Below, in pieces: positions 38,388-52,259 of a stretch of DNA of 64,000 bases. This DNA is from Eledone cirrhosa (Eukaryota): contig OZ024764.1 in the NCBI GenBank assembly GCA_964016885.1, positions 6,820,001 to 6,884,000 of the forward strand, in the 5' to 3' direction. Below the pieces are notes generated by a model. The model had not been told where the DNA came from, searched no databases, and saw nothing but the letters and a program-made list of their open reading frames with translations. The translations under genes and the position numbers were made by a program. The first letter of the stretch is position 1. Every line of letters begins with the position of its first letter.

Positions 38388-39335
38388 CATATATATAAAA
38401 GCTCGGCAGGAATATGAAGACGCGAATGCCCAGAAATTAAGGGGCCAGTGCAGCCTGGCAGGGGTGAGGGGTGATGTAGGGTAGCACCACCCCATTTCTC
38501 TACTTTCTCATCCTCTCTCTCTCTCTCTTTCTCTCTCTCACTCGCTCTTTCTCTCTCTCACTCTCTGTCATTCTCTCAATATCTCTCCCCCCCTCCCCAA
38601 TAAAGATAGATGAGGCAAGGTCATCAAGTTACATAAACTGGTTTAGTTCATAGGGGGGGGGTGTAGTAGTGATGGTGGTGGTGTAGTGGTGGTGGTGGTG
38701 TAGTCGTGATGGTGGTGGTGATGTAGTGGTGTAGTGGTGGTGATGGTGGTGTAGTGGTGGTGGTGGTGTAGTGGTGATGGTGGTGGTGTAGTGGTGGTGG
38801 TGGTGTAGTGGTGATGGTGGTGGTGTAGTGGTGGTGGTGGTGTAGTGGTGATGGTGGTGGTGATGGTGGTGGTGTAGTGGTGGTGGTGGTGTAGTGGTGG
38901 TGGTGTAGTGATGGTGGTGGTGTAGTGGTGGTGGTGTAGTGGTGGTGGTGGTGTAGTGGTGATGGTGGTGGTGATGGTGGTGGTGGTGGTGGTGTAGTGG
39001 TGATGGTGGTGGTGTGGTGGTGATGGTGGTGGTGTAGTGGTGATGGTGGTGGTGGTGTAGTGGTGATGGTGGTGGTGATGTAGTGGTGATGGTGGTGGTG
39101 TAGTGGTGATGGTGGTGGTGGTGTAGTGGTGATGGTGGTGGTGGTGAGGCTCTGGAGTAGAGAGTGTAAAAAATAATGAGATAGAGTTACCTTGGATTAC
39201 CTTGATTTAATAGTCCCTATATTTTGGATTTCACATCCATCAACAGGGTTTTTCAAGAGGAAAAAGGTTGAGTCGGAGAAGGACCACACGTCGCCTCCGC
39301 TATTTACCGTGTGCGTACAACTGATATATATATAT

Positions 39336-39668
39336 GGAGGCACATGGCTTAGTGGTTAGAGCATTGGCCTTGCAATCGAAAGGTTGTGAGTTCAATTCTC
39401 AGACCGAGTGATGTGTTGTTTCCTTGAGCAAGACACTTTATTTCACATTGCTCCAGTTTACTCAGCTGTAGAAATGAGATGATAGGGACTGGGGTCCCTA
39501 TCATTCCACTGCAAAGTGGTTGTGGAGGTGCCACGACAAAAAAGCACCCAGCACTCACTGTAAATGAGGTTGGTGTTAGGAAGGGCATCCAGCTGTAGAA
39601 ATCAAGCCAGAATCAGTTCCTGTCCCACCCTTGCAAGCAGGGAAAAGTGGACGTAAAATGATGATGAT
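39336..39668 (+). mobile_element. CORE-like SINE, full length
   Basis: Family identity. Confidence 0.88.
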
Positions 39669-40033
39669 ATATATATATATATATTAGATACATATATATC
39701 AAAATGTTGTAGTTTGCTTGAAGCACTGTGGAATAGGGAATACAAATTTAGAAAAGTTTAAATGTTTGGAAGCCCTAAAATGTGTGCAAGACTAAAAGTG
39801 CCAAGGTTATAGGGGTTACGTTAGAAAATATTTTCGGGTTTAAAAAGCCATTCTCAAGAGAGGCTCCATGTCTAGGTGTGTAAAGAGCAATCTGAGAAGA
39901 GTTGCTGCGTGGCTGGCAGATACACACACACACACACACAACTTATGCAGCTTCATATGCAAATGAGATTAATCACCTCATTTACACAGACGAGAAAACT
40001 ATATATTCTTGACTGTTTTCAAGTCCATCAGTC

Positions 40034-40104
40034 GCAAGTGGGGGAGGGATCATCCTGATGAGGACCAGTTAAGTTCGAAATGCATCGATGATTGTCCCCC
40101 TTGC
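40034..40104 (+). ncRNA. Type I hammerhead motif with extended helix I
   Basis: GCAAGtGGGGgagggATCATC CTGATGA GGACcagttaaGTTC GAAA TGCA TC GATGATtgtCCCCCTTGC. Confidence 0.8.
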
Positions 40105-40484
40105 TTTTGCTAGACACCACCAGAGGGCATTAGCCCCGGTGTTTTTTGCATAGCTATGGCTTTCTAAATGTTTATCTATAAACATACCGTGTTTCTTTAG
40201 AAATATGAAATGTCTATACATATCTGTATACTAAAGCTAAATCCTAATTCTGTTCTATAGATATATTTATAAGCCCTGAATAAGGGACTTTTAGGTCCCG
40301 AAATATTGGACAGATAAAAGAGCAAGAGCAAAAAACAAAACAACGATCACCAGGTAACTTACTTTTCGTTACCTCACCTTACAGTCCATTTTGCATTGTT
40401 TACCCTTCTATCTCTTTCAATGTTATATATTATATAAAATGCTTCAAACTACAACATTTAATTATATATTTATATATATATATA

Positions 40485-40740
40485 AATGTGGCCGTGTAGG
40501 TGTCACGACAAAATAACACACAGTCCACGCTGTAATGTGGCCGTGTAGGTGTCATGACAAAAAAACACACAGTCCACGCTGTAATGTGGCCGTGTAGATG
40601 TTATGACAAAAAAACACGCAGTCCATGCTGTAATGTGGCCGTGTAGGTGTCACGACAAAAAGAAAACACACAGTCCACGCTGTAATGTGGCCGTGTAGGT
40701 GTCACGACAAAAAAACACTCAGTCCACGCTGCAATGTGTA
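40485..40740. repeat. Tandem repeat of about 49 bp, x5, a diverged relative of the SINE/LINE 49-mer
   Basis: AATGTGGCCGTGTAGGTGTCACGACAAAAAAACACACAGTCCACGCTGT. Confidence 0.85.
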
Positions 40741-40777
40741 GGTAACACGGTAAATACAGTACATATATATATATATA

Positions 40778-41385
40778 TGATGGCTGCCCCCTCGTTATCG
40801 AGTATGGCCATTGCACGATATACCATTATTAATAATTATCAATTAATTCTATCGTGCAATGCCTGTGCGTGAAGATATGTTTTAAAGTGAGGAAAGACTG
40901 TGCACTGAGCCAATCCCACTCTCTGAGAGACAGTAGCTATAACCTGAAAAGAAGAAAAGATCAACATCATCAGTAACTACTGAGCTGCAGGTTTTATATC
41001 GGAGTTATCCCAGTTTCCTGAGTTACCTTCTCCTAGAAGAATGCCCTGACAAAGGCTAGGGGTCCTTCACTCCCAGTGGTTTAACTGCGCAATAGGGTGT
41101 CCAGCCCGACTATTGCTATGTCCCCGCGCATATACATACACACATGTATAAACATATGTAGACATGTGTATATACAAACTTACACATTTTTTTAAAACAT
41201 ACACATGCACCCATGTACATATACACACACACATATGTACATGTGTATATACATATTTACACATTTTTAGATGGCCGTTGACTCCTATGAGTTCTTCTGC
41301 ACTTTGTCAGGTTTTGTTTTTTTGTCCTGCAGGGTGTCCAAAATCACCCTCCTCACCAAGTAAACTTGGTGGGGTTGCCAGTTTA
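40778..41385 (-). mobile_element. RTE-5'-derived non-autonomous element (interrupted copy)
   Basis: Homologous to 43398-44005; CTAGGAGAAGG motif on the minus strand. Confidence 0.55.
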
Positions 41386-41613
41386 TGCACACACACACAC
41401 ACATATATGCGTGTATCTACAGAGGAGAGAAGGAAGAAACATGGAGAGTGGAAAGGTCCTGTGCTGAAAAAGATTCGTCCAGCCCATACAACCATTTAAA
41501 AGGGCCATAAAAATGATGATTATATATATATATTGACTGCCAAATCAACCTCCCAAATGCAAGGTGATTGAAAGGTATGTTGTATCTATTTATTTATAAG
41601 ACTGTTTATATTG

Positions 41614-41679
41614 TATTTTGTCTGAAGAAGGCATAACATATTGTTAATATGATATCCCTGAAATATATATAACGAAATA
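41614..41679 (+). ncRNA. Type I hammerhead motif (family A2)
   Basis: TATTTTGT CTGAAGA aggcataaCATATTgttAATATGatatccct GAAA TATATA TA ACGAAATA. Confidence 0.72.
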
Positions 41680-41762
41680 AATATGGTTTTATAAATATAG
41701 TTTCCATTTATTTAATATCATATATATATATATATATATATTCACACTATGTATATTGTGTG

Positions 41763-41827
<65 letters not shown>

Positions 41828-42347
41828 ATAATAAATTTGAAGACTAAAATCCAAAGAGGGCTCGATAAGGAAAATATATATCAAATATATAAGAACCGTA
41901 GAGCAAATATTTATTAAAATAACAGATTAAAGTTTAAGCAAAGAATCGCTGCTTTCACCTTTAACGGGATCTTCTGAAACTAACAAAGTAAATCTGTGAA
42001 CACAGAATTGAATATTTCAAAAAACATTGCAACTGGAGGAAGACAGGAAGACGATACTTTGGTTCGTGGCAACGTTCCTGTATGTTTTGTGAAGGGAACG
42101 TTTCCATGAACCAAAGTATCGTCTTCCTGTCTTCTTCCAGTTGCAATGTTTTTTGAAATATTCACTTCTGTGTTCACAGATTGACTTTGTTAGTTCCAGA
42201 AGATCCCGTTAAGGGTGAAAGCAGCGATTCTTTGCTTAAACTTTAATCTGTTCTTTTAATAAATATATATATATGTGTATATATATGTATGTATATATAT
42301 ATATATATATATGTATATCTATATATATATATATGTATATATATATG

Positions 42348-42380
<33 letters not shown>

Positions 42381-42431
42381 GTATGTATATATATATATAT
42401 ATGTATATACATATATGTATATATATGTATG

Positions 42432-42462
<31 letters not shown>

Positions 42463-42521
42463 GTATGTATATATATATGTATATATATGTATGTATATAT
42501 ATATATGTATATATATGTATG

Positions 42522-42555
<34 letters not shown>

Positions 42556-42621
42556 CATATATATCTATATATATATATATATACACTTATATACAATATA
42601 TATATGTGTGTATATGTGTGT

Positions 42622-42656
<35 letters not shown>

Positions 42657-42986
42657 GTGCTGGAAAAGTGGGTGTGGGGTGATGGTGAGAGAATAACCAG
42701 CCGAAAGTGATGAGTGCATGTGTGTGTGTTGGAAGGGGGTGCACTTTTGTTGAGGAGGTGGTGTGGGTGGAGGGGGTGAAGCATATGTGGGTGGGGGTGG
42801 GGTGTGGGTAGGGGGCAGAACATGAAGATTTTAAGGTTTGTTGTCAGAGAAGATGTAAAAAAGTAGGTTAACAAAATGTTTACCAGCTGGCGAAAGTTGT
42901 GGTGGGCGTGGGGGCAACTTTGGGCAGATTTAGCCCCCAGTCATTTAGCCCTGGTGGCACTAGTGGTGCCTAGCTACTGCTCACAC

Positions 42987-43073
<87 letters not shown>

Positions 43074-43120
43074 ATATATATATATATATATTATATGTGT
43101 GTGTGTGTATATATATATAT

Positions 43121-43161
<41 letters not shown>

Positions 43162-43397
43162 GTATATATATATATGTATATATATGTATTATATATATGT
43201 ATATATATGTATTATATATATGTATATATATGTATCATCATCATCATCATCATCGTTTAACGTCCATGTTCCACGCTTGCATGGGTTTGGAGTATATATA
43301 TACATATATATATGTATATATATATACATATATATATACACATATGTATATATATGTATATATATATACATATATATGTATATATATATGTATATAT

Positions 43398-44005
43398 GGT
43401 GGCTGCCAACTCGTTTTCGAGTACGGCCACTACTTTATATCCATGTAGGAGAACCCCTACTGATGCGCTGAACGAGTGTGACTTTTTAGTCCAGCCAGCG
43501 ACTTGAAAGCTCTGGTACAAACACTACACTTGTGACAATTATTGACACATAGTGCTGGGCCCATGGTACCATGTGACGACAAATGCAGAGAGATCTCCAG
43601 ATATAAAGCAATGCCTGTGCCGTGAAGCTTTTATAGTGAGCAAAGGCACTGCACAAAGCCAGTCCCACTCTCTTAACCAAGATGATATTTACCAAAAAGA
43701 AGAACAAGTCAACATCATTGGATACCATCAGGGTTGCAGGTGTTATATCAGAGTTTTCCTTCTCCTAGAATTCTGCCTTGACAAAGGCTAAGGGGTCATC
43801 TCTCCCGGTGATTTTGGATGGCCATTGACTCTTAAGAGCTCCTTTGCCTTTTTGACAGGTTTTGTTTTTAGTCCTGCAGGATGTCCAAAGTCACCCTCCT
43901 CACCAAGAAACCTTGGTGGGGTTGCCAGTTTAGTCGCCAACGACCCGACCATGGGACAGGTTGTACTGGAATACATGTTACCAGTAGCACCAACTGGTGA
44001 CCTGA
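43398..44005 (-). mobile_element. RTE-5'-derived non-autonomous element (Ceph-domain-like)
   Basis: Minus strand has GGCAGAATTCTAGGAGAAGGAAAACTCTGA, a motif I recognise from RTE 5' regions; no ORF; flanked by (TA)n. Confidence 0.55.
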
Positions 44006-44143
44006 CATATCTATGTATATATATACATATATATACACACATTTGTATATATATGTATATATATGTATATATACACATATTTGACCTGACATATATATGT
44101 ATATATATACATATATATACACACATTTGTATATATATGTATA

Positions 44144-44183
<40 letters not shown>

Positions 44184-44223
44184 TATATACACATATGTAT
44201 ATATATGTATATATATACATATG

Positions 44224-44255
<32 letters not shown>

Positions 44256-44430
44256 GATATAGATATATATATATATGTATTAAAAAAAAGCCGGCCATTA
44301 ATCGCTCGTGTACATGAAACGGGGGGGGGGGGGGGCTGGCCAGTCTGCTGATATGCAGATCAGGCCGAGCAGTCACTGTATAATTTAGAAAATATCATAT
44401 ATTTTCACTAGCTCTGACAGTTGGCAGGGG

Positions 44431-44490
44431 AACAGTGAGCTGTACTGATGAAGGGTAATACCCAGAAATATTAGTGTCTGTAGTTCTGTT
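44431..44490 (+). ncRNA. Type I hammerhead motif
   Basis: AACAGtGAGCTGTA CTGATGA aGGGTaatACCCa GAAA TATTAGTG TC TGTAGTTCTGTT. Confidence 0.72.
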
Positions 44491-44864
44491 TACATGCCAA
44501 CACAAGAGCAAGAATGAGGGGCTCATTCTACTGACATGGCTTTAAAAATGAGGTTTGTTTGCAAAATAGCAAACAAATCGAATATTATTATTAATATTCG
44601 AAAAACTCAGATTACATTTATTATATATATGTGTCTTGCTGAAGGACATAACGCTTAGCCCGGTCCAGAAATCGAACTCACAAATTCACGATTGTAAATC
44701 CTGGACTGGGTGATGTGTTGTGTCCTTGAGCAAGACACTTTATTTCACATTGCTCCTTCTACCTGGAGTTGTGACTGATAAATAGCAATTGCAAAGACCA
44801 ATGGTAAAATTGTTTCCTTGGTCCGATTTGACAAAAGTCGATCGACTGTCGATATACATACATA

Positions 44865-45655
44865 TCATCATCATCAACATTTTACGTCCGCTTTTCCTTG
44901 CTTGCAAGGGTAGGATAGGTACTATTCAACACTGTATCTCTCCACTTGTCACGGTCCTTCGTCATCTCCTCAGTGAGTTTTAGCGACCTGAGGTCTGCTC
45001 TCACCACCTCTGCCCATTTTTTACATGATTTACCTCTTCTGCGTCTTCCTTCAACTGGGATTTCTTGGCACTTCTTTACCCAGCGGTCATCCTCCATGTA
45101 CATCACATATCCATACCATCTCAGCCTTCTCTCCCGCACACCACAACTTATCCTTCTTATACCCAGTTTCTTTCTCAACTCAGCCATGCTTGGTTGTTCA
45201 CGCACATTGACATTACACATCCAACGGAGCATGCTTGCTTCATTTCTCTCCAGCCGTCGTATATCCTCTGCAGTTGCCACCCATGTCTCACTACCATGCA
45301 GCATCGCGCATCACACACAAGCATCATATAACCGTCCTTTCATATGCAGGGAGAAACCCTTCTTTGTCAACAAAGGAAGCAGCTCCCTAAACTTCTTCCA
45401 ACCCATCCTTATTCTAGATACTATGGCCTTGGAACCCCCCCCCCCTTCCATGCTAATCTGATCTCCTAGGTACCGGAAGCTATCAACCACTTCTATAGAA
45501 CCCATCTGCATTGGAAAAATGTGTCTATCACTGCGATTACTACTGCCAACTTTCCCTGTACATCTATTGCATACGTAGTTTTCCCTACCTGTTAGTTTGC
45601 CTGCTATCCCACTACATCTCTTGTGTACCCAAGATCTGTATTGCGTACATTTTAT
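44865..45655 (-). mobile_element. 5'-truncated RTE-clade LINE (second subfamily); ORF2 runs into the terminal hairpin/(TGA)n tail
   Basis: WVHKRCSGI.G.L....YVC.RC, VVDSFRYLGD, GWKKFRELLPLL, MLHGSETW, RRLRWYG, DRDKWR...PTLASKEKRT*; one internal stop. Confidence 0.88.
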
Positions 45656-45656
45656 G

Positions 45657-45725
<69 letters not shown>

Positions 45726-45737
45726 AAAATAATATGT

Positions 45738-46080
45738 GAAGGTACATGGCTCAATAGTTAGAGAGTCTGACTTACATTCACGAGGTTGTGAGTTTGATTC
45801 TTTGACTTGGCTTTGCATTGTGTTCTTGAACAAGACACTTTATTTTACGTTGCTTCAGTTTACTCAGCTGTAGAAATGTATATATATATGTGATGTGACT
45901 GGTGTCAAGTTCTATCAGCCATTGCCTTTCCCTTGGACAACATTGGTCTGTGGAGAGGGGGGACTGGTATTTATGGGCAACTACTGGTCTTCCACAGACA
46001 AACCTTACTCAGACTTGTGCCTCAGAGGGGAACTTTATAGCTGCAAATCCCATGGTCATTAGTGACAAAAGGGGTCTTTA

Positions 46081-46082
<2 letters not shown>
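45738..46082 (+). mobile_element. Older CORE-like SINE subfamily with a different tail
   Basis: Diverged head, TTCTTGAACAAGACACTT, distinct 3' part. Confidence 0.6.
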
Positions 46083-46140
<58 letters not shown>

Positions 46141-46311
46141 GTATATATATTTATTAAAATAACAGATTAAAGTTTAAGCAAAGAATCGCTGCTTTCACCC
46201 TTAACGGGATCGTCAGTGTTAAACATTTTCCTATTACCCGCTCTCCTACCCTAAGTATTGAGTACTCTGGTGCGTTATGGTCCACCTGGTTCCTTACCAC
46301 ACTTCCTTCGT

Positions 46312-46352
<41 letters not shown>

Positions 46353-46387
46353 ATATGTATATATATATGTATATATATATGTATATA

Positions 46388-46445
<58 letters not shown>

Positions 46446-46709
46446 TATATATATATATTTAATATAGAAATGGCTTCTAGAAACCATTTCTATATTAAAT
46501 GTTTATACTCTGCTATGTATTGAGTACCTTATTTACTGTGGTTAATCCGATTGAACCTGGGATACACATACACACATACACACACATATATATATATAAA
46601 TGCACACACACACACCCACACTCATATATATATATATAAATATATTTATTGTATAGAAGGAGCTTCTACAGAACTAGTACTGTTTCATTCAGATGAAATC
46701 TTCAGATGA

Positions 46710-46762
46710 GAGCTTCCTGAAGATTTCATCTGAATGAAACAGTACTAGTCCTGTAGAAGCTC
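46710..46762 (+). ncRNA. Hammerhead motif family D; inverted partner on the minus strand at about 46660-46705 (palindrome 46640-46783)
   Basis: GAGCTTC CTGAAGA tTTCatctGAAt GAAA CAGtactagtcCTG TA GAAGCTC; all three helices intact. Confidence 0.82.
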
Positions 46763-46979
46763 CTTCTATACAATAAATATATTTTACTCTGCCATGTATT
46801 GAGTACCTTACTTACTGTGGTTATCCCCGACTCAACCCGGGACCTACGTATATATATATATATACATTCATACATATATATGTGTGTCCATATGTGTTTG
46901 TTTATATATGTGTGCGAGTATGTATAAGTATACACATATATCTATAATATATATGTATATATATATATATATATACATG

Positions 46980-47127
<148 letters not shown>

Positions 47128-47144
47128 CATATATATATAAATAC

Positions 47145-47232
<88 letters not shown>

Positions 47233-47258
47233 GTATATACATATATATATATAAATAC

Positions 47259-47383
<125 letters not shown>

Positions 47384-47388
47384 AATAC

Positions 47389-47498
<110 letters not shown>

Positions 47499-48231
47499 AT
47501 GACTGTGAGTAAGTCTTCTAATGCCAGGCTGCTGCTGGGGGTTTCCACAGCCAGAAAAACCCAAGATGACAGCCTGATACAAAACAGCCCTTGTGTGAAA
47601 TTGATCCTTCAAACAAGCCCCTTTTTTTTTTTTTTTTTTTTTTGCCCTTTGTGCACCTGCCGGTTCTAATGCTGAAAACCCTCCTGCACACTTTCAGACG
47701 CCCCCCCCCCCCCGCGCCTGTGCAGTATAAAGTATCAGGCAGAATGTAGAAATGTAGAAGGTTATCTCTCATATGTGCTATGCTAAAAAAAAAAATTTCA
47801 TTGTAACTTTGAGCCTGTTGGAGAGAGAGAAGGGAAGGGAGAGAGAGAGTGTGTGAGAGTCTTTAGGTCCAGGGCTGGTGCTGCCATTATGGTCAACTTG
47901 GTATCAGCCTAGGTTACAGAACTCCAAGAGGAGTTCACACAGATTATTGTGTGAATTCCTTCCTTGCTCACATTCCAACCAGGTTTGATGGTCTTTATTC
48001 TCTCTCGTTCACGATTTCACCGAATTTAAATTCATAGAAATTTGGGACTTGACTCCTTCTTCCTCACTTTTCGTTGCTTCACCATCTTTGTTTGTTTACC
48101 CTCGTGTCCCCTTTATTTACGTGTCCCAACGACTTATTTTAGCCGTTGCTCGCACCAACCGGAGGTATATGGTCTTTAAAGCGATGAAATGCCTATGATG
48201 GTTGGAAGATCACTGATGAAGGACAAACTTT

Positions 48232-48267
<36 letters not shown>

Positions 48268-48497
48268 TAAAATAACAGATTAAAGTTTAAGCAAAGAATC
48301 ACTGCTTTCACCCATAACGGGTTTCAGAAGATCCCGTTAAGGGTGAAAGCAGCAATTCTTTGCTTAAACTTTAATCTGTTATTTTAATAAATATTTGCTC
48401 TATGGTTCTTATATATTTGATATATATTTATCCTTATCGAGCCCTCTTTGGATTTTAGTCTTCAAATTTATTATTATTACTATATATATATATATAT

Positions 48498-48842
48498 GGA
48501 GGCACATGGCTTAGTGGTTAGAGCATTGGGCTTGCAATCGAAAGGTTGTGAGTTCAATTCTCAGACCGGGTGATGTGTTGTTTCCTTGAGCAAGACACTT
48601 TATTTCACATTGATCCAGTTTACTCAGCTGTAGAAATGAGATGATAGGGACCCCTGTCCCTATCATTCCACTGCAAAGTGGTCGTGGAGGTGCCACGGAA
48701 AAAAAGCACCCAGCACTCACTGTAAATGAGGTTGGTGTTAGGTAGGGCATCCAGCTGTAGAAATCAAGCCAGAATCAGTTCCCGTCCCACCCTTGCAGGC
48801 AGGGAAAAGCGGACGTAAAATGATGATGATGATGATGAATGA

Positions 48843-48845
<3 letters not shown>
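48498..48845 (+). mobile_element. CORE-like SINE, full length
   Basis: Family identity. Confidence 0.88.
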
Positions 48846-48885
<40 letters not shown>

Positions 48886-48897
48886 ATATACATAGTG

Positions 48898-48935
<38 letters not shown>

Positions 48936-49052
48936 CATCGTTTTTATGGCCCTTTTAAATGGTTGTATGGGCTGGACGAATCTTTTTCAGCACAGGACCT
49001 TTCCACTCTCCATGTTTCTTCCTTCTCTCCTCTGTAGACACACACACACACA

Positions 49053-49086
<34 letters not shown>

Positions 49087-49290
49087 TATACATTTATGCT
49101 TATCGAGCCCTCTTTGGATTTTAGTCTTCAAATTTATTATTATTACATATATATATATATATACTGTAAAATCTACTACAGTCAGTAGGCATCTCTAACA
49201 AAATATATAACAAAGAAGGTTTGGTAAGAAACCATCTAGATCTAGCTGTCGAAACAGCCAGAGCTCAGCCGCCGGGGTCCTGACTCTTTT

Positions 49291-49352
<62 letters not shown>

Positions 49353-49489
49353 ACAGTGTTTATTGATTGCCGTTAGCAGCTGCAAAAATAATCACTGATT
49401 GATAATCAGTTATTGTGTGTGTGTAATTGTAAATGTAGTTCTCCCAACGTAAATGACAGAAATAATTGGATGCCTGCCTCAGTCTAAAC

Positions 49490-51939
49490 CAGTCATGGGC
49501 AACCTGCGGTCCACAAGGCTTTCTGAAAGGCTCCCCTAAGTCACCCAAGTGAAATCTTTCTGATATATTTACCCCAACTTTTCAGTCGTAATTTATCTTT
49601 CTGTCATTTTTACGATCGAGGAAAACAACATGTAGGAATTCTGAAGAAACAAATCAAAATAACCTGAGTTACCGCCCTTTGTTTTTAATGTGGACACCAA
49701 TGTAAATTAGCGCTTGCGGCCCGCCTGTTGATGAGCCATATCTCATGTGGCCCACCTGATGATGAGCTGTATCTCATGTGGCCCACCTGATGAGCCGTAT
49801 CTCATGTGGCCCACCTGATGATGAGTCCTATCTCATGTGGCCCGCCTGATGAGCCATATATCATGTGGCCCACCTGATGAGCCATATCTCATGTGGCCCA
49901 CCTGATGATGAGCCATATCTCATGTGGCCCACCTGATGATGAGCCATATCTCATGTGGCCCACCCGATGATGAGCCATATCTCATGTGGCCCACCTGATG
50001 ATGAGTCCTATCTCATGTGGCCCACCTGATGATGAGCCATATCTCATGTGGCCCACCTGATGATGAGCCATATCTCATGTGGCCCACCTGATGATGAGCT
50101 GTATCTCATGTGGCCCACCTGATGATGAGCTGTATCTCATGTGGCCCACCTGATGATGAGCTGTATCTCATGTGGCCCACCTGATGATGAGTCATATCTC
50201 ATGTGGCCCACCTGATGATGAGCTGTATCTCATGTGGCCCGCCTGATGATGAGCCATATCTCATGTGGCCCACCTGATGATGAGCCATATCTCATGTGGC
50301 CCACCTGATGATGAGCTGTATCTCATGTGGCCCACCTGATGATGAGCTGTATCTCATGTGGCCCACCTGATGATGAGCTGTATCTCATGTGGCCCACCTG
50401 ATGATGAGCTGTATCTCACGTGGCCCACCTGATGATGAGCTGTATCTCATGTGACCCACCTGATGATGAGCTGTATCTCATGTGGCCCACCTGATGATGA
50501 GCTGTATCTCATGTGGCCCACCTGATGATGAGCTGTATCTCATGTGGCCCACCTGATGATGAGTCCTATCTCATGTGGCCCGTCTGATGATGAGCCATAT
50601 CTCATGTGGCCCACCTGATGATGAGCCATATCTCATGTGACCCACCTGATGATGAGCTGTATCTCATGTGGCCCACCTGATGATGAGCTGTATCTCATGT
50701 GGCCCACCTGATGATGAGTCCTATCTCATGTGGCCCGTCTGATGATGAGCCATATCTCATGTGGCCCACCTGATGATGAGCTGTATCTCATGTGGCCCAC
50801 CTGATGATGAGCCATATCTCATGTGGCCCACCTGATGATGAGCCATATCTCATGTGGCCCGTCTGATGATGAGCCATATCTCATGTGGCCCACCTGATGA
50901 TGAGCTGTATCTCATGTGGCCCACCTGATGATGAGTCCTATCTCATGTGGCCCACCTGATGATGAGCCATATCTCATGTGGCCTTCCTGATGATGAGCTG
51001 TATCTCATGTGGCCCACCTGATGATGAGCCCTATCTCATGTGGCCCACCTGATGATGAGCTGTATCTCATGTGGCCCACCTGATGATGAGCCATATCTCA
51101 TGTGGCCCATCTGATGATGAGCCATATCTCATGTGGCCCACCTGATGATGAGTCCTATCTCATGTGGCCTGCCTGATGAGCCATATCTCATGTGGTCCAC
51201 CTGATGATGAGTCCTATCTCATGTGGCCCACCTAATGATGAGCCATATCTCATGTGGCCCACCTGATGATGAGTCCTATCTCATGTGGCCCACCTGATGA
51301 TGAGTCCTATCTCATGTGGCCCACCTGATGATGAGCCATATCTCATGTGGCCCATCTGATGATGAGCCATATCTCATGTGGCCCACCTGATGATGAGCCA
51401 TATCTCATGTGGCCCACCCAATGATGATCCATATCTCATGTGGCCCACCTGATGATGATTCCTATCTCATGTGGCCCACCTGATGATGAGCCATATCTCA
51501 TGTGGCCCACCTGATGATGAGCCATATCTCATGTGGCCCACCTGATGATGAGCCATATCTCATGTGGCCCGTCTGATGATGAGCCATATCTCATGTGGCC
51601 CACCTGATGATGAGCCATATCTCATGTGGCCCACCTGATGATGAACCATATCTCACGTGGCCCACCTAATGATGAGTCCTATCTCATGTGGCCCACCTGA
51701 TGATGAGCCATATCTCATGTGGCCCACCTAATGATGAGTCCTATCTCATGTGGCCCATCTGATGATGAGCCATATCTCATGTGGCCCACCTGATGATGAG
51801 CCCTATCTCATGTGGCCCACCTGATGATGAGCCATATCTCATGTGGCCCACCTGATGATGAGCCCTATCTCATGTGGCCCGTCTGATGATGAGCCATATC
51901 TCATGTGGCCTGCTTCTCGAAAAAGGTTGCCCATACCTG
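49490..51939. mobile_element. Non-autonomous hAT/Charlie-like element swollen by an internal satellite
   Basis: TIRs CAGTCATGGGCAACCT / AGGTTGCCCATACCTG; flanks GTCTAAAC and (G)TCTAATT resemble a decayed NTCTARAN TSD. Confidence 0.8.
49720..51910. repeat. 31-bp minisatellite, about 70 copies
   Basis: Unit CTCATGTGGCCCACCTGATGATGAGCCATAT. Confidence 0.95.
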
Positions 51940-52228
51940 TCTAATTCTCCCCATGCCCAGGGGTACATGCCAGATCTTATGCCATTATTATTTACAATTA
52001 TAATTTATTATTATAGTCACTTACATTGAAGCAACTACATTTTTAATTAATCATTGTTCCTGTGAGACTTCAATACACCGGAAGTTCTTATGTAAAAATA
52101 TATACTCGTGTGTGTGGATATATTTGTGTGTGTGTATAAATGTGTGTGAGTGTATATATATATATATTTGTGTGTGTGTATAAATGTATGTGTGTATATA
52201 TAAGTGTGTGTCTATATATATATGTGTG

Positions 52229-52259
<31 letters not shown>

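Noticed and set aside
40270-40315. Hammerhead candidate CTGAATA-GGGAC/GTCCC-GAAA
   Set aside because: Good helix II but core and helix I are degenerate; at most a decayed copy
43889-44005. HDV-like ribozyme
   Set aside because: Could place P2/P4-like pairings but no P1 helix
49720-51910. CTGATGA in every 31-bp unit as hammerheads or C/D-box motifs
   Set aside because: No GAAA/UH half and no helices; simple satellite
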